Source of the DNA: the human T2T-CHM13v2.0 reference genome, Homo sapiens
NCBI RefSeq assembly: GCF_009914755.1
Contig: NC_060935.1
DNA length: 64,000 nucleotides
Strand: one strand, 5' to 3'
Part shown: positions 17,016 through 33,497 of the stretch, in pieces
Numbering within the stretch: position 1 is the stretch's first letter
Layout: each line of letters begins with the position of its first letter
Notes under the pieces: model-generated
Seen by the model: the letters and a program-made list of their open reading frames with translations, nothing else
Databases searched by the model: none
What the model was told of the DNA's origin: nothing
Translations under genes and position numbers: made by a program

Positions 17016-17315
17016 GGGTCAGGCGCGGTAGCTCGCACCTGTAATCTCAGAACATTGGGAGGCCGAGGCGGGCAGATCACATGAGGCCAGGAGTGCGAGA
17101 CCAGCCTAGCCAACAGGCAAAACTCCGTCTCTACTAAAAATACAAAAAAATTAGCCAGCCATGGTGCCACACACCTGTAATTCCAGCTACTAAGGAGGCT
17201 GAGGCATGAGAATCGCTTGAACCCAGGAAGCGGCGTTGCAGTGAGCCAAGACTACACCACTGCACTCCAGCCTGGGTACTGGAGTGAGACTCTGTCTCAA
17301 AAAAAACAAAAGAAA
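17016..17315 (+). mobile_element. Alu
   Basis: Alu consensus, A-rich tail. Confidence 0.93.
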
Positions 17316-17891
17316 ATCAAAAGAAACTAAAAAGGATTCAAGGTCATGGAACCCAGTGAGGCAAGCGGTCATTTACAGCATGTCACAAGAGCCCCAGAAT
17401 CAACTACAACTTCCCCACAGATCTATACAGTGCACCCTCCCCTCACCTGCTCTCAACTTTTCACATCATACTCTCATTTACATAATAGAGGCAACGTTTT
17501 CCCTCCAGATGGTTATTACTAAAATAGATGGGTGATAAAAGGGGTCAAGGGTTGGCAATGTTTCTTAAAAGCTCACTCCAAGAAATATGCTTAAGTTTAC
17601 AACTGAGAAGGCAGAGAAAAAAGAACCTGGAGTGGCAGGGCACAGAGCAGGTAAGAGTCCGTACGGAAAAGGCCCCATGCAAGACTTCTCCAGTTCTCAG
17701 TATCTGTGGAATAAAGAGGGCGAATTGCAGAGGCACCACCAGATCTCAGAGGACAACTCTCCAGAAGTATACTGTGGGGCAGCAGCTCCTCTTCATCTCC
17801 TGCAGTGTTCTCTGCCTCAGTGACTGCGCCCAGACACCTAGACATCATCTTCAACTGCTTCCTCCACTGGCCTCTTCAACCAATTACTTGG

Positions 17892-17893
<2 letters not shown>

Positions 17894-17932
<39 letters not shown>
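17894..17932. repeat. Poly(T)39 homopolymer
   Basis: Read directly. Confidence 0.95.
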
Positions 17933-17937
<5 letters not shown>

Positions 17938-18140
17938 CCTCAGACTCATTCAGACTCATCTCTTTCTAAATCCTAATTCTCTCAAAATTCTTCTCTTTCT
18001 CTCCCTACAACTATGCTAGTCTACTCTTTCTCATCTGGACTACTGCAACTGCCATCTAACTGGTCTCCAGGTATCCTCTCCTGCCCCATCCAATTTAGTC
18101 TCCAAACTGCATCCAGAGTGTTCTTTAAAAACCCGAATTC

Positions 18141-18444
18141 AGCTGGGCATGGTGGCTCATGCCTGTAATCCCAGCACTTTGGGAGGCCAAGACGGGTGGA
18201 TCATGAGGTTAGGAGTTCAAGATCAGCCTGACTGACATGGTGAAACCCCGTCTCTACTAAAAATGCAAAAAATTAGCCGGGCGTGCTGGCGGGCACCTGT
18301 AATGCCAGCTACTTGGGAGGCTGAGGCAGAGAATTGCTTGAACCCGGGAGGTGGAGGTTGCAGTGAGCCAAGATCGTGCCACTGCACTCCAGCCTGGGCA
18401 ACAGAGTGAGACTCCATCTCAGAAAACAAAAACAAAAACAAAAA
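18141..18444 (+). mobile_element. Alu
   Basis: Alu consensus; TSD-like aaaaac(cc)gaattc. Confidence 0.95.
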
Positions 18445-18787
18445 CGAATTCCTGCTTAAAACCATCCACAGATGTGCCATGGCTCTGTGTGATCTGATTT
18501 CACTCGCCTTTTAATTCTGACTCCTCCAGTTACTAGGTTTCTGCTATGTTGGCCTTCTTTAAGTTCTTTGAGGATTCAGGCATTCTGTTTTAGAGATTGT
18601 GTATAAATGGTCCCCTTTGCCTGGAAAGCTCTAAACTTATTTCCTTCCCTTAGACCTAATTTTATAAATCTTCAGAGCTCAGCAAAATGCCACTTGCTTA
18701 CAGAGGGCTTTCCTCTCTCCCACATTCTTTACTTTTCCTTTAAAGCATCCAGATTTAATTACATATTCATTTTTATTATTTATGTCA

Positions 18788-19188
<401 letters not shown>

Positions 19189-19230
19189 TAGTTTGGTGCT
19201 TGGCTCACTACAGACCTGCAGCAAACATTT

Positions 19231-19293
19231 GTAGGTAGGTAGGTAGGTAGGAAGGAAGGAAGGAAGGAAGGAAGGGAGGGAGGGAGGGAGGGA
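19231..19293. repeat. Compound tetranucleotide (GTAG)n(GAAG)n(GGAG)n at an L2 3' end
   Basis: Read directly. Confidence 0.9.
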
Positions 19294-20452
19294 ATTCTTT
19301 TTTTCTTTTTTACTCTCCTTATTTTATCATTCTCCTTTTCCCATCTCTGTTATTCTCTGAAGATGTATTAAGGCAGTAAGAAAAAATAACAAAAGATATG
19401 ATGTCTTATAAAAAGAATGTCTAATCACTTTAAATACATAAGAAATAAAAGCAAATAAATGCATCAAATAATTAAATATATAAAAATAATCAATCTGCCA
19501 AGGATATTGTCTCCTTTGGTGTCTCATCTGTTTTTAAGTTCTATTACTTGGATAGAACTTAAAATGGTCCTAAATCTGTATCACAGTTCCATTCTACCCC
19601 CTGAAGCCAAGACCAGCATTTTCATCTTTCTCCTTAAGATATCAACTCATACTTCAACTCTAAAACCAAATTTATCACCTTTTCATGATATATCATTTTA
19701 TTAAGTTTCTTATTACTATGACTACCACCCAGATCATCCATGTTTGAAACTGCTTACACATCTGGAATCTTCTGTTTTTCTAGATCCCTATCAGTCAATG
19801 GCCAAGTCCTGAAGACTCCCATGTCTGCAGTCTCACTCATCCCTTCCTCTTCATCCCCATTCCCCATGTCTCACTGATCCCCTCCCTCCCTTCCCTCCTG
19901 TGCACTGCCATCTTTCATCCAGCCTGAGCATATCTCTGAACAGATCATTCCTGTTCTCAATAAGCTTTGCAACAATTATGATGCTGCTACCCCAGTGTTT
20001 CTCAACATTTAACGCATATCCCCTTTTGATTAATATAAAAATTGCATACCCTTGTATACATAGACATTACAGACATAGAGATTTTTTTCTATTCTTTAAA
20101 TATAAAATTATAAAACTCAATGTGCTTCTTCAAACTCTACTCACTATATCCCTACCTCTGTCTGAGAATCACTATTGTTAGACTATGGACTCTCTGAAGG
20201 CAGGGCCTAGGCCAGTACCCAGTACATGACAGGCACTCAATAAAGGGCCTTGTTTATTAAATAAACTTGCTTATTTAATAAATAATATTTAATAGGACTA
20301 TTATTAAGTAATAGTATTTAATAGGACTTGTTTATTAAATAAACTACTAAACCTTGATGTTCAGGGTTATCCACTATATAAACTCAGTCCAGTTGTCCAA
20401 TTTCAATATCCTACTATTCTCTAGTTGCACTTCACAGCCGGTCAAATTATTC

Positions 20453-20653
20453 CAGCGGTTCTCAAAGCATGGTCCCAGGACCATGGGCATCAGTACCATC
20501 TGCGAACTCATTAGAAATGCAAATTCTCAGGCCCCACCCTAGACCTGCTGAATGGGAAACTCTGGTCTAAGAATAGGAGTGGGAGTAGAGCCTAGTAATG
20601 TGCGTTTTTATTAAGTGTTTCAAGTGATGCACGCTAAAGTTTGAGAACCACTG
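20453..20653. mobile_element. MER5A (hAT-Charlie MITE)
   Basis: TIRs cagcggttctcaaa / tttgagaaccactg; internal ttagaaatgcaaattctcaggccccaccc. Confidence 0.85.
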
Positions 20654-23050
20654 AAGTCGCCTATTCATTCTTATGTAAACATTATCCTTTCTACGTCCAT
20701 GACTGTTCTTACATTCCTTCTACGGGGAAACACCTCAGAACCTAGTCCAGAGCCTGGGTAGTGCTCAGTAAATGTTTGTTTTGTTTTGTTTGACTGAACA
20801 GCCAAAAATCATATGAGGCCCACTTGATAGCCCTCATATAACTTAACTGAAATCACGCTTCTTTTTATGTTTACACTATTTCAGCTGATATTCAGAAATG
20901 CAAACTCATTCATAGTAACAATGTCGATATTCTGAAAGCATAAATTGACTATAATTTTCTATATTTTGAGAGTAAACCACGTATCATCTACCTTTCAGCA
21001 TTCACAGCTTTTTACAAATTTTGTCATTTGTAAGATCTTAAGAGGAGATACCTGTTCTCAATTCCAAAGTGAAAAGACTTAAAATCTTTAAATTTAATAA
21101 TTCAAATTTTCTAGAGCTGAAGGTAGGTACTTATTGATACTTATCTGTCCAATTATTGAGTGTCAAAATCATACAGTTGCTCCTGGGAGCCAGGTGAGAC
21201 ACTGGCTAACCTTGAAGGCAATGCAGGCAAGTAAAGACTTGCACTAAACAGGCAGATTCTCATGAGGAAGAAAACTGAAACCAGGAAGAAAAAGAATCTG
21301 GTGTTCCAAGCTGAAGAGAATTCACCTAAATTCCCAGATAACAGTAAAACCCACACACATGAAATGTAGTAAGTCATTAACTTGAAAATTAATAGAAATA
21401 CAATTGTTCATTGTCTTAAAGTTGAAAAAAAAACTGTATAATAAAAACTTGAAAATACTAAAATACTACATACACACACATGCACACACACACACAAACA
21501 CACACACACTACACATACAAATAGCCACAAAGCCAAGGTCATTTAAATGGCAGAGGTCATATAAGTCCTTCTAAGGAAATGGGATGCATTCTTGATATTA
21601 AGATGATACTTCATCAAAAAGACATGATTGGCAGGAAATTGCCAGAGACTACCGTCAGATTATGTTGGGAGCAATCTTACATTACCTAGGACAATTTTCC
21701 CCTTTTTAGTTAAGGAAATAGCTTCAGAAACATTACGTTACTTTCGCAAGATCACAGGTTTAAGCTATGTCACAGCCCAGGTCTACTTATTCTTAGACCA
21801 GAGATCCTGTCGTTATACCATTCTATTGTCCAGGAGAACCAAGATCTGCTGATGACCAAGAACCACAAAAGAAAACACGTTAACATTTTAAGCAAGACCA
21901 CTTGTAACTAAATCCGTCTGATTACTCGCCAGGTACATGAACCACCTTTACCAGGTCTTTAGCACGTTGCCTAACAAACTACGGTAAAGTCCATGAAAAG
22001 CTCAAGACAAAAATGTGGTTTCAATGTTATGAACATTTGCAAAACCAGGGTCATATAGAATTTAAATACGTAACAAGCAAACCTTAGTACATAAAAGAAG
22101 CAGATGGCTCTTTTATAGACACCCTGAAATGGGTTAAGTAAATGATAACAAACAATCTCCAAGAAGCTCTGTTGCTTTTGTTCTGCAACTCTCAAAACAC
22201 AGGCTGGAACAACGTATTTTTAATTTGATGGTTGGCCTGATCCTTCTTCAAGTTCTGGTTTCAATAACTCCCAGAGACAACTCTTAACCTGTTAATCCAT
22301 TTTAAATATATAGGTCAAACATCATTTCAATAATAAAATATCTAAACTCCCACCCATACTCCAGTTATTTTATGTACTAACTATGACATAATCTTTTTGG
22401 TTGTAGAGTTTTAGGACTGAGAAGGAAGGACTTTTGACACCATGTAATTCAATAACATCATTATGTAAAAGAAAGAACTAAGATTTCTGAAACAACTTTA
22501 ATACAACAAAAAGCTTGGTAATCCTTGGGATTACCATAGAGAGAGGTCGTAGGAAAGTGTGCCGAGTATCCTATGTGTTAAATGCACATTGCTCTCCATA
22601 TTTCTATCTTGTTTGAAATATTGTGAGTACATACCACTTTTAAAATTAAAACACAAAATTCAAAGCAAGGGTTTGCTGCTTAATTTTCTTAAGATTTTAA
22701 GAATTAAAAAAAAACACTGGATAATCTGGTAGGAAAATTTCAGTAACATTACTGTGAAAAAAATTACTATATACAGAGGGTTCCCCCCTCCCCCCAACAC
22801 TCAGAAACACTGTCATTCATCCTCATAACATCCCATAACATAGAGTAGAAAATAAAAGGTGAGAAAAGATAAAGTCTTTATAACAGAGAATGACTCTAAT
22901 TTAAAATTTTCAAAAACATTAAGCCTTATAATAATATTTCAGTGACAAATAGAGCCTTTAAGATGGTTTCTATATAGCTGAAGAAACCGAGGCACAAAAA
23001 GACAAAAATTGGAAAGCAGAGGCAAAAAATTAGTAACAGCTTTAAATTTA

Positions 23051-23353
<303 letters not shown>

Positions 23354-25287
23354 TCAACCATAAATGGGCACACAGTATATTCTAACCAACTCCCAGAGCA
23401 ACGTCATTGTGAATATCACTGACCCATATTCACAAAGGAGTGAATGAGAGTTCTGCATTAGATTTAACTGTATTCCAAAAACTTCACTGCCATGTTTTCC
23501 TACGTATTTCTGTACTAGACAAAGGTAAATAAATGAAGGGAAAAGTTTAGTCACTTCCCTTCAAATCTAGTGGGCTCAAAATACATTATATGTTATAGCC
23601 TCCATTCATTTTCCCTTTCTTGGCAGTCAGGGAAGAATTTCATGTGATACCAGTTGGAGAAACAGGGTGTAAAACCTGTGTAGATGATGTCACATGATAA
23701 ACTCATCTTCATTTTCCTGTAATTATTTCAATTAGGTCTGTTCACTTGACAACGCTAAGTTTTAAAGCATGCTATATTTTTCCAGATGGAGTAGATCTTC
23801 AGCCAGCAATGACTTGGAGGGGGTGTGTTAATATTTGGATGTTGCTTTTGGCGGAAACTGCCCAGCAATTAAGAAAAATGCCCAGATTAACACATACCTC
23901 ATTGTAAAATGTTCACTTGACAGACAGCAAGGTTCTTCAAAAATGAAGTTAAAAATTAAACTAGCCTGATAGTCAGAGGCAGAATTCTGCTTTCAGAAGA
24001 AAAACAGCAGAACTGAATTTGATAAAAGGTGGGAGAGGCTGTCACACTGCACCCAAACCCAAAGCAGGCCTTCAAGGTTAGGAAAAGTTCAGGCAATTGT
24101 TTTTCCTAGAATACTTTCCATTTCCATTCATTTCATAACAGTAGCCAGAATCTAAGCAAACCAAAAGTCCTGAAAATTTCCTTCAGTGTTTCTGATCCAA
24201 CCAGCAACAGGAATTATTAAGAACATATCGAGAGAAAGAACTCTCCTATACTATATTCCATCTGAGGGAAAACCTGAAAGGCTCAGAAAATGAAGTTCAC
24301 AACCTGCAGGGTAACGTTGTGACTTACGGATTCTCTGAATCCCTCAACACGTTGAAGTTAGTGCAATGATTTTTAGGGTCACTAACACTGTTAAAATTTC
24401 TCTATTTCCCCCACCCAGAAAAGTAAGAAAACGAATAGTTTAGAATCACAGATAACTTCTGACATTGTACACCAAATGGGGCACCTATTATTTAAATAGA
24501 AATTCATTGTTCAAAAAACCCAAGGTTCCGTGTTCAAACACTAAAGCGAACATGGGCCTTATGTTTTCTTCTTATGGAAACAGTGTGTGCTATTCAAATG
24601 TTAATGCTCTCTCCTTCAGTTTTCTTGGACAATGGTAGTAGTTTGGACTAGGAATGGTGACCAAAAAAGCTTAGAAAGTCTGAATACATGCTGTATCTTT
24701 CCACACAAAATAGTGAAATCATGATTCTCTTTTAGTAATGAGATGCATTAAAGCAAATTAATATTTCTTCCACAACATACAAAAGCTAGGTCACATAAAA
24801 GCTATTCAATTTCTAGCTTTAAAATATGAGTATATATTAGTTTTGTTCTCCAAATAGATTTTAATAAATCTTTAATAAACTGAAGATGGGGGGAAAAAAA
24901 ACTCTAAGCTTCTTCAAATTGTAGCACATTGTGGGTCATGGTAAATTTATTTGTAATCAGAACAATGACAAAAACTGAATGCTTAATTCCATCAATTAAA
25001 CAAATTATCTATTTGATCAAAAGTAATATAGATGTGCATCCAAACAATGTCATAAATCAAACTTTCTAGTGCAGAGAACCCCACGTAAGTCTAAAATATG
25101 CTAGTCATTCTACTACCATTTCAAAAATTAAACGCTATCAACTAGTTATCTCTGAAATAAGGTTGTCTTAAGGGTTTATCACTCTTTGTGTGGCTAAAGA
25201 ATACTAACATTGTAAAATGTAAAAAGCTTACCAGCCACAACAACAAAACATATTGGGCAAAACAAACAAAAGAAGCCCATGAAAGGT

Positions 25288-25596
25288 CAGAAGTCACAAC
25301 CCGGTGGCCTGCAGAGATGTTTGGCATGGCCTACGTATGTTTTCAAAAATTTGAATTAGGTGCCAGCATGTAAAAATCTGTCAATTTCACTTGGATTTAC
25401 AGAGGTTTTGAAAAATCAGAAAATTTGGCAACACTGCGCCCTCAGTCCATGACGACTGTAAGTGTCAAACCGCGGCTGCTTCCTGAAGACACTGTCTGTG
25501 CTCTCCAGGTGGCCATCGCCTCCAGTGCTACCATCTCACTCCCACAATTTCCTGATCTGCCTGACTCTTTTCGGCATTTGCATTTTCAAGACCCTG
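25288..25596 (+). mobile_element. MER102-like hAT element
   Basis: aaatttgaattag..gcca, gaaaaatcagaaaatttggcaacactg and terminal gcatttg...accctg fit the recalled consensus. Confidence 0.7.
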
Positions 25597-25865
25597 CTCT
25601 CGATAAATCAAATTTAAAGTATTTGGTATTTCCATTTCATCTAAAGAACAACTTCCAGTCTGTTCACTGCTGGTATTCCACTTTCAGTGTTAAATAATTT
25701 TAAAATGAAACTAAACTGATGAACATAACTATTACCTGGCAATAGAAAACAACTTACAAAGACTACTCTGGATCAAAGGGCTGCCAGTGATCCATGCTGT
25801 TTCCATTCGAGGAAACTTGTGAGGTTTCTATACTGAACAAAGCCAAGCATGCTGTCCCTGTTCTA

Positions 25866-26378
<513 letters not shown>

Positions 26379-26839
26379 CTACAAATAGACTAAAATAAAA
26401 ACATTTTTAAAATGTTCACTTAAAGCCTACTTGTAAGACATGCTTTAATAAAGTTACTGCTATTATTTTCCATAGAGTGTAGAGATAGCTGTGAACTCTG
26501 AGTTAATTATGATTCTGTTAACGGGAAGAAAAATCACCTAGGGAGAAATTACTCAAAAGAGAATGAATATATTGGGCAAGCTGAAACTATCAGAGTACTG
26601 GCAATACTAGGAAAAAGTGCTTAAACTCCTATATATTATACTTCTAAGTGCTGAAAAAAACTGCATAAAATGACAACAAAAGACTAGCTTTAGGTGGGGT
26701 ATTTCAAGTAGCAATAAACAACTCTGTTAAGTAAAAGGATGGAGTTGTATATACAGTCACTGATCATTCATATAGCTCCTTAGTCATTACAGCCAATTTG
26801 GAAGGTGTGGAGTACCAAAGGCAAAAAGTGATTCTATTT

Positions 26840-27147
<308 letters not shown>

Positions 27148-27630
27148 TTCTATTTTCTTCTATTAAAAGCATACAAATGACTGCCTCAAAACTGATTTCC
27201 AGAGGCACATCTACCAGATATATTTAGAAAAAGTAAAGTATCTCTTAGAAATTAGAGTGTCCAAACTGTACAGGATTTGTTGTTGGAGTCTGGATAAATT
27301 CTTCGAAGGTAGGAGAGCTTGCCAAGGCTGGATTAGGTGTCCCTCCTTTCCTTAGCTGCCCGCATTACTGTGTGCTCTCGCCCAGGTGTGTAGTCTCAGT
27401 ACACCTGCTTGTGGTCTCACTAAGCTACACACTTTGAGAGGGCAGAGGTGGTGTTTATTTTATTTACCATTACATCTCCACTGTCCAGAACAGTGCCTGG
27501 TATACAGAAGACGATGATTATCTTTTGAATAAATGACTGAATGAACACCACCATGAGAATTTTCCATTTTTAAACATTATCAGGTCACAAAGTAGGATGA
27601 CTTTAATCTGATTAATATGGCTGGGACGAC

Positions 27631-27830
27631 CAGATTAATGTTCTCTTTTAATGATTCAACACGCACTCACACAATTAAAGGCAATGGCATTAAAACCATT
27701 TAGAAAATCAAATGATCACCATCCCTTTCAGATTAATACTTCTCTTTTCATGATTCAACACGCACTCACACAATTAAAGGCGATGGCATTAAAACCACTT
27801 AGAAAATCAAATGATCACCATCCATTTCAG
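27631..27830. repeat. Tandem duplication, ~99-bp unit x2
   Basis: atgattcaacacgcactcacacaattaaagg... starts at 27651 and 27750. Confidence 0.95.
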
Positions 27831-28701
27831 CCTGATGCAGCCACCATCTCTCCCCCTATCTCTTGGAAGGCATCATTCAATACAAACAGAGTACTTTCTT
27901 CCCCCAGAACTGGTAACTAAAAGGGGAGCATGCGTGAGAACTGGCTAACAGCCACTGGAAGTGCCTGCTGGGGTCCTCCCTCACTTTTCTTTCATTTCCT
28001 TATTCTGGAGCCAAAGGGGAAACCAAAAAACTTCCTCCCACCAAAGACTAAACTCTCTGCTTGATTTGATTACCCTATTTTATAATAGCTGAGATAACAG
28101 GAAAAGTAGGACAGTGAGGTGAAGAGAACTGAAGGAAGAGAAAAGAGAAAGGGGGTTCTAGGTTACTTCACTGTTATTTCAAAGCAGGGCCATCATCGAT
28201 GTTCAAGCACACGTATTCCTAGACACACTCCAGGGAGAGGACGCCATGCTGGAGCAGTCTTGAGTCCATCAGGTACAGAAACAGGGCTGCGTTATCCTCA
28301 TCGGTGAAGTGTCATTCAGTGACAGTGACTTAGACAAGTTTTCACTACCTGCTTTCCATCATGGCTTTTCTATTCCCTGTTGACAAGCTCTGTACCAGTG
28401 TAAAGGTGTTCCTACAGCAATTCCAGAGCTCAGGCTTCAAATATGCGTCCTCTTTGGTGGTCCAACAAAGCCGGAGTTTCCCAGCAATAAGTCAGCTATT
28501 TACTTAGAGACCTGCTTAGTTTTGGCTTTGGTGTTTACGTCTGCTGGGCAATTTAATTTGATGCTCCACTTACTCTGGCTGACAGCTAGAACAGTTTTAA
28601 AGTCATCTCCTCTGAATGAAGAGTATCTAATGTGTTTCATACCATGACACTAATATACAACAGTGTTAGAAATCAATATTTATTCTGACAATATTTGTCT
28701 A

Positions 28702-29070
<369 letters not shown>

Positions 29071-29230
29071 TTACTCTTGTTACTGAGATGACCTGACCAC
29101 CAATGAGTCACAAAGAGGGCTCCAAAGTTTAAAAACTTGATGTGCCAAAGTTTTAGTCCACAAACTTTAGAGAAATCCTAAAGGCAAAGGAACATATGCA
29201 CTTGGTCTAATCCAAACTGCTATATGATTA

Positions 29231-29597
<367 letters not shown>

Positions 29598-30043
29598 TTA
29601 TGGATGGAACAAAAACTCCTTTCTGTCAGATACACTTTGAGCTAAACAAGACTCAGGATTACATATTTTATGCTTCTACCATGTATATAAAATTCACTAC
29701 CAATATTAGAAGTTATAGCTTTGGACTACTAGAAAAATGACATTCCAAAACCTCACACATAGTATTAAGCATTCCAAAAACAAAGACTTTGGAGCCCGTG
29801 TAGGTGCAGTACTTTTACCCGGTTCATCGGTGTTCTGGGTAATAGCGATAACGAAAGCTAGTAACAGGTGGGACTCAAACCTCATTCTCTCATTCCCAAA
29901 TCATATGTTCTTAAGTCTCTAAATGTCACAGAAAAGCAGTAGAGCAAAGTGGTTGGTGCCAGTCTCTGGAAGCACACAGCCTATGTTTACACCTCACCTC
30001 CACTTATCATTAGCTGTATGATTTTTACCTCCAAAACCTCAGT

Positions 30044-30352
30044 TTTTATTTATTTTTTATTTTTTGAGACAAAGTCTCACCCTGTCGCCCAGGCTGGAGT
30101 GCAATGGTGTGATCTCAGCTCATTGCAGCCCCGTCTCCCAGGTTCCAGCGATTCTCCTGCCTCAGCCTCCCAGGTAGCTGGGATTACACACATGTGCCCC
30201 CACGCACGGATAATTTTTTTGATATTTTTAGTACAGACAGGGTCTCAACATATTGGCCAGGCTGGTCTCAAACTCCTGATGACCTCAAGTGATCCGCCCG
30301 CCTTGGCCTCTCAAAGTGCTAGGATTACAGGCGTAAGCCACCGTGCCTAGCT
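30044..30352 (-). mobile_element. Alu
   Basis: Reverse Alu. Confidence 0.95.
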
Positions 30353-30570
30353 AGTTTTTACATTTTGAAATGGGGATATTAGTAAGAGCTCTGTCAATTA
30401 TCTAGTGGTAATGAAGGGTAAATGAGTTAAGCCATGGAAAGCACTTAGAGCCTGGCTCAGAGTGGTGGTCAATCAATTCTGCTGTTATTATTGCTTATTA
30501 TACCGAATCTCCTGTTATGGTGCCAACAAACCACAGAAGCAAAGCAGCTTTTTAAAAATCTACTCAGTTG

Positions 30571-31343
30571 AACAGACACATGAAAAAATGCTCATCATCT
30601 CTGGTCATCAAAGAAATGCAAATCAAAACCACAATGAGATACCATCTCACACCAGTTAGAATGGCGATCATTAAAAAGTCAGCAAACAACAGGTGCTGGA
30701 GAGGATGTGGAGAAATAGGAATGCTTTTACACTGTTGGTGGGAGTGTAAACTAGTTCAACCATTCTGGAAGACAGTGTGGCGATTACTCAAGGATCTAGA
30801 AATAGAAATACCATTTGACCCAGCAATCCCATTACTGGGTATATACCCAAAGGATTATAAATCATTCTACTATAAAGACACATGCACACGTATGTTTAGT
30901 GCGGCACTATTCACAATAGCAAAGACTTGGAACTGACCCAAATGTCCACTAATGATAGACTGGATTAAGAAAATGTGGCACATATACACCATGGAATACT
31001 ATGCAGCCATGAAAAGGATGAGTTCATGTCCTTCGTAGCGACATGGATGAAGCTGGAAACCATCATTCTGAGCAAAACCAAACACTGCATGTTCTCACTC
31101 ATAGGTGGGAATTGAACAATGAGAACCCTCGGACACAGGGCGGGGAACATCACACACTGGGGCCTGTCATGGGGGGAGGGGATGTGGGAGGGGTAGCATT
31201 AGGAATGATGAGTTAATGGGTATAGCAAACCAACACGGCACATGTATATGTATGTAACAAACCTGCACGTTGTGCACATGTACCCTAGAACTTAAAAGTA
31301 TAATTTAAAAAAAAGAGGAAAAACCAGGAAAGAAAATTAAAAA
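30571..31343 (+). mobile_element. 5'-truncated L1PA (ORF2 C-terminus and 3'UTR)
   Basis: ORF ...[52 protein letters not shown]; L1 3'UTR and A-rich tail. Confidence 0.97.
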
Positions 31344-31356
31344 TAAAAATCTACTT

Positions 31357-31667
<311 letters not shown>

Positions 31668-31723
31668 TTAACTTGGGGTTCAATTTTCTAGCAGCATCAA
31701 CCACACAAAACAGAGCTGGGAAT

Positions 31724-31772
31724 GAGAAAAGAAGTCATCTTTCAAGAGAAAAGAAGTCATCTTTCAAGAGAA
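31724..31772. repeat. Perfect 22-bp tandem duplication gagaaaagaagtcatctttcaa
   Basis: Read directly. Confidence 0.95.
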
Positions 31773-32908
31773 GGTGTTTTCTCTTATTGAAAGCTGGATG
31801 AACACTTGGCAGAGATGCTAAAGGAAATTTCTACTTGAGGTGGTATGTTAGATTATACAATTCTATGTCCTGGTCAACCCTAAAGAAAACAAAAGAGTTT
31901 CTGAGGCACAATGGATATTCCGTATCATATATTAAAGATCATGATTACTCCTAGGGAAGTCCATCAGGTTTAATCACTCTTTCTTTATTCTTAATTCATT
32001 TGTAATTCTACCAAGCTTCATGATCTGGTTTCCAACCCCTTGCTAAAGTTAAAAACTGAGGACAGATGGCTTGCACTGAAGGGTGAGTGAGATCCATTAA
32101 CACTGATAGGAAGAGACAGCTAACAGCCTGAAAAAAGAAAGGTGAGATGAAAAACATAAAGAGAAGCCAAAGAACTAAAAGAAACATCACAGCAGTCTCT
32201 GATCTTCGGTGGGAAGGGAAAACGGCCAGGCTTCAGCGCCTCTGTCATCCCTGAAAACCTTCCTCAATTACTCAAGATAAAACCGTCATTGTTCACAAGA
32301 ACCTACAGTCATTTTTTAAAGGTTGAAGTACACATGAGATCTTCCATGTAAACAGGCTGGGAATTATGTAATATGTAATTACGTAAAAGTCATTCAATAT
32401 GAATAGTTAACATTTCAAAGATGTTTTTTGTTTTCCACTGACCTGAAAGTCTGTAGGTAGAACCTTTTCATTCCCTACTGATGTCAGAAAATGAGGTATA
32501 CTATTGTAATCACAGCTATACTATTATACTATTATAAATAACAGTTATAATGTTTTATGTTTTGTCTGGCTAGATTCTTAAATGTCCTGGGGACAGAGAT
32601 GATAAATTTCATTTTTATTTAACTTTACTCCAAGTATCCCATGAACACATCACAGCGTCTGGTCCAAAAAGGCACTCAAATATATGCTAAACAAATGAAA
32701 TTCAAGGTAAGTCTAAAGGTATGTGGATATATGTTTAAATATGGGCTTAAGATGTGAGTATTGCAGCAGAAACACACATGGTTTAGAGTTTAAAAGCTGG
32801 AACTAAGCCTTGGCTTATCATTCAATCTTTTGGAGCCTCCATTTCCTCATTTTTTAAAAACGTACTTTTTCATGTCCTCATTTTTAAAAAGGAATAATAA
32901 GATCACCT

Positions 32909-33497
<589 letters not shown>

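Noticed and set aside
17528-18019. 163-aa plus-strand ORF, the longest in the ORF track
   Set aside because: Runs through the T39 homopolymer (poly-Phe) and L2-like sequence; no recognisable domain or splice context
27651-27920. 89-aa ORF with an internal 33-aa repeat
   Set aside because: By-product of the 99-bp tandem duplication; antisense to CDON with no supporting signals
29096-29104. GLI-like GACCACCAA
   Set aside because: Mismatch to GACCACCCA, isolated, expected by chance
30568-30936. 122-aa ORF with a cysteine-rich motif
   Set aside because: It is the L1 ORF2 C-terminal remnant with a premature stop, not a host gene
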